A stretch of 64,000 nucleotides of DNA, taken from Naegleria gruberi. Taxonomy: Eukaryota. Location of the stretch: assembly GCA_000004985.1 (NCBI GenBank), contig GG738894.1. One strand, 5' to 3'. Shown here piece by piece: positions 62,970 to 64,000 of this stretch. A program made the position numbers and the translations under genes. The notes under the pieces are model-generated. The model did no database searches. It was not told where the DNA came from and saw only the letters and a program-made list of their open reading frames with translations. Within the stretch, counting starts at the first letter, position 1, and each line of letters starts with the position of its first letter.

Positions 62970-64000
62970 TTATTCCTTCCTGCACAACATAAAGATGTGC
63001 TCTGGATTCCTAGAGAACATTTTTTCAATTCTGTACTGTCTTTGACTAATGCTGGTAATTTCTACAAATTTTGTACAATCTTCATTATTTCCAGGGAATC
63101 TACCAGTCGCAAATGTTGTTCCCATACCATTAACAATTATTGTATAGTTTGTTCCACATATTATTTGTTTGATACCTTCTGATACGAGTGCATGAGGCAA
63201 TAGATTTGTAACTTCGAATAGACGGCACTGAGAAGTCTTATTTCCAATACCCAATTGACCATTAAAATTCAATCCAGCTGCAAACACTCTTTGGTCAACT
63301 GTCATGCAAAATAAATGACTTGATCCACAAGAAACATCTACTAACTTGATATTTTGGCCATCTACATTGAATTGATTAGGGTGAACATATTTCAACCAGT
63401 GGATAGAGGAAGAAGCTCTACTAGCTGAGGATTTAGAGGAAGCTGCTGAGGAAGGTTTTTCATGATTATAAGGAAGGAATTTAGGTATTAATGGCTGCAC
63501 CAACTTTCCTTGAAATGAGAAATCAACTTTTACATCCAATTCTTCTCCATTCTTCCCAGGTTCCAAATTAATATCCACTTTAACAAACTTTTCCACCACT
63601 TTTTCAGATACAGAAAATTGAGCCTCTGTTGGACGATAATTGTTCGCGACGAATGTACCATTAGCAATTACACCAGTCATTCCACAACCACATAGCCATA
63701 ATTGACCATGCTTTGCCAGGAATGCAGAATAATCACTTCCACACATTATTCCATCAATCTCAACAAATGTTTTCTTTGTTCTCAATCTTCTGTATTCCTC
63801 GGTTTCTTGTTGTGTTTCTCTCATAATTTCTACCAATCTTGGTCTGGGAACATACTTAAGTTGAGCCTTTTCTGTTTGTGATAAATCCCCTTTGATATCC
63901 AAAAATCCAAGAACTCCTAGTTGACCTTGAGAACCATTTCCGAATCCATACACTAATCCAGTATCCGTAAGGCAAATAGTATGATGATCACCACAAGCAA
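62970..64000 (-). CDS. RCC1-repeat (regulator of chromosome condensation-like) protein, 5' end beyond window
   Basis: Repeated ..YGFGNGSQGQLG.., ..FAAGLNFNGQLGIG.., ..LWLCGCGMTG.. motifs. The frame stays open to the last base of the window (continuing ...ACGDHHTICLTDTGLVYGFGNG), so the gene starts outside the window. Confidence 0.7.
   Translation of the reverse strand, partial: ACGDHHTICLTDTGLVYGFGNGSQGQLGVLGFLDIKGDLSQTEKAQLKYVPRPRLVEIMRETQQETEEYRRLRTKKTFVEIDGIMCGSDYSAFLAKHGQLWLCGCGMTGVIANGTFVANNYRPTEAQFSVSEKVVEKFVKVDINLEPGKNGEELDVKVDFSFQGKLVQPLIPKFLPYNHEKPSSAASSKSSASRASSSIHWLKYVHPNQFNVDGQNIKLVDVSCGSSHLFCMTVDQRVFAAGLNFNGQLGIGNKTSQCRLFEVTNLLPHALVSEGIKQIICGTNYTIIVNGMGTTFATGRFPGNNEDCTKFVEITSISQRQYRIEKMFSRNPEHIFMLCRKE

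Noticed and set aside
62961-63182. 73-aa plus-strand ORF at the RCC1 locus
   Set aside because: It is antisense to the RCC1-repeat CDS. There is no supporting motif.

Overview
Positions 1-9860 are an assembly gap (N run); the ~54 kb of real sequence is AT-rich eukaryotic nuclear DNA. It carries about 33 protein-coding genes on both strands. Many have short spliceosomal introns of 41-74 nt with GTAAGT/GTATGT/GTAGGT donors and AG acceptors. The gene content includes a Naegleria-type LRR family with 'ISEMKQLTSLNIS' 24-aa repeats, a receptor-type nucleotide cyclase, an NHL/EGF receptor kinase, and 7TM-RGS and G-alpha-like genes. Together with the very short introns and AT bias, this suggests a heterolobosean amoeboflagellate such as Naegleria; that taxon call is inference only. 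Confident calls are elongation factor 2, a class-III receptor cyclase with a periplasmic-binding-protein ectodomain, a patatin-like phospholipase, a Trm9-type methyltransferase, an actin-related protein, two trypsin-like proteases, tRNA-Lys(UUU) and an RCC1-repeat gene running off the window end. The most unusual items are as follows. (1) A 673-aa F-box protein whose N-terminal half looks like a fused histone H2B-H2A fold doublet. (2) Two inverted paralogs with an architecture of solute-binding-protein-like ectodomain + multi-TM + C-terminal RGS domain; a spliced, secreted, probably GPI-anchored PstS-like phosphate-binding protein lies 1.2 kb upstream of the second copy, and the receptor cyclase and a divergent G-alpha-like gene lie further off. 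Together these suggest a nutrient/phosphate sensing module built from bacterial-type binding proteins. (3) A glycyl-tRNA synthetase homolog with substituted class-II motif-2 residues, possibly a pseudo-synthetase. (4) A GC-rich snRNA-like non-coding island with 5' splice-site complementarity. (5) Several frame discontinuities in low-complexity repeats (a (CAA)n tract and a GGN/AGG tract) that either split genes or are sequence errors. (6) Near-identical inverted LRR gene copies about 31 kb apart. All functional calls are from motif recognition by eye, not database searches.
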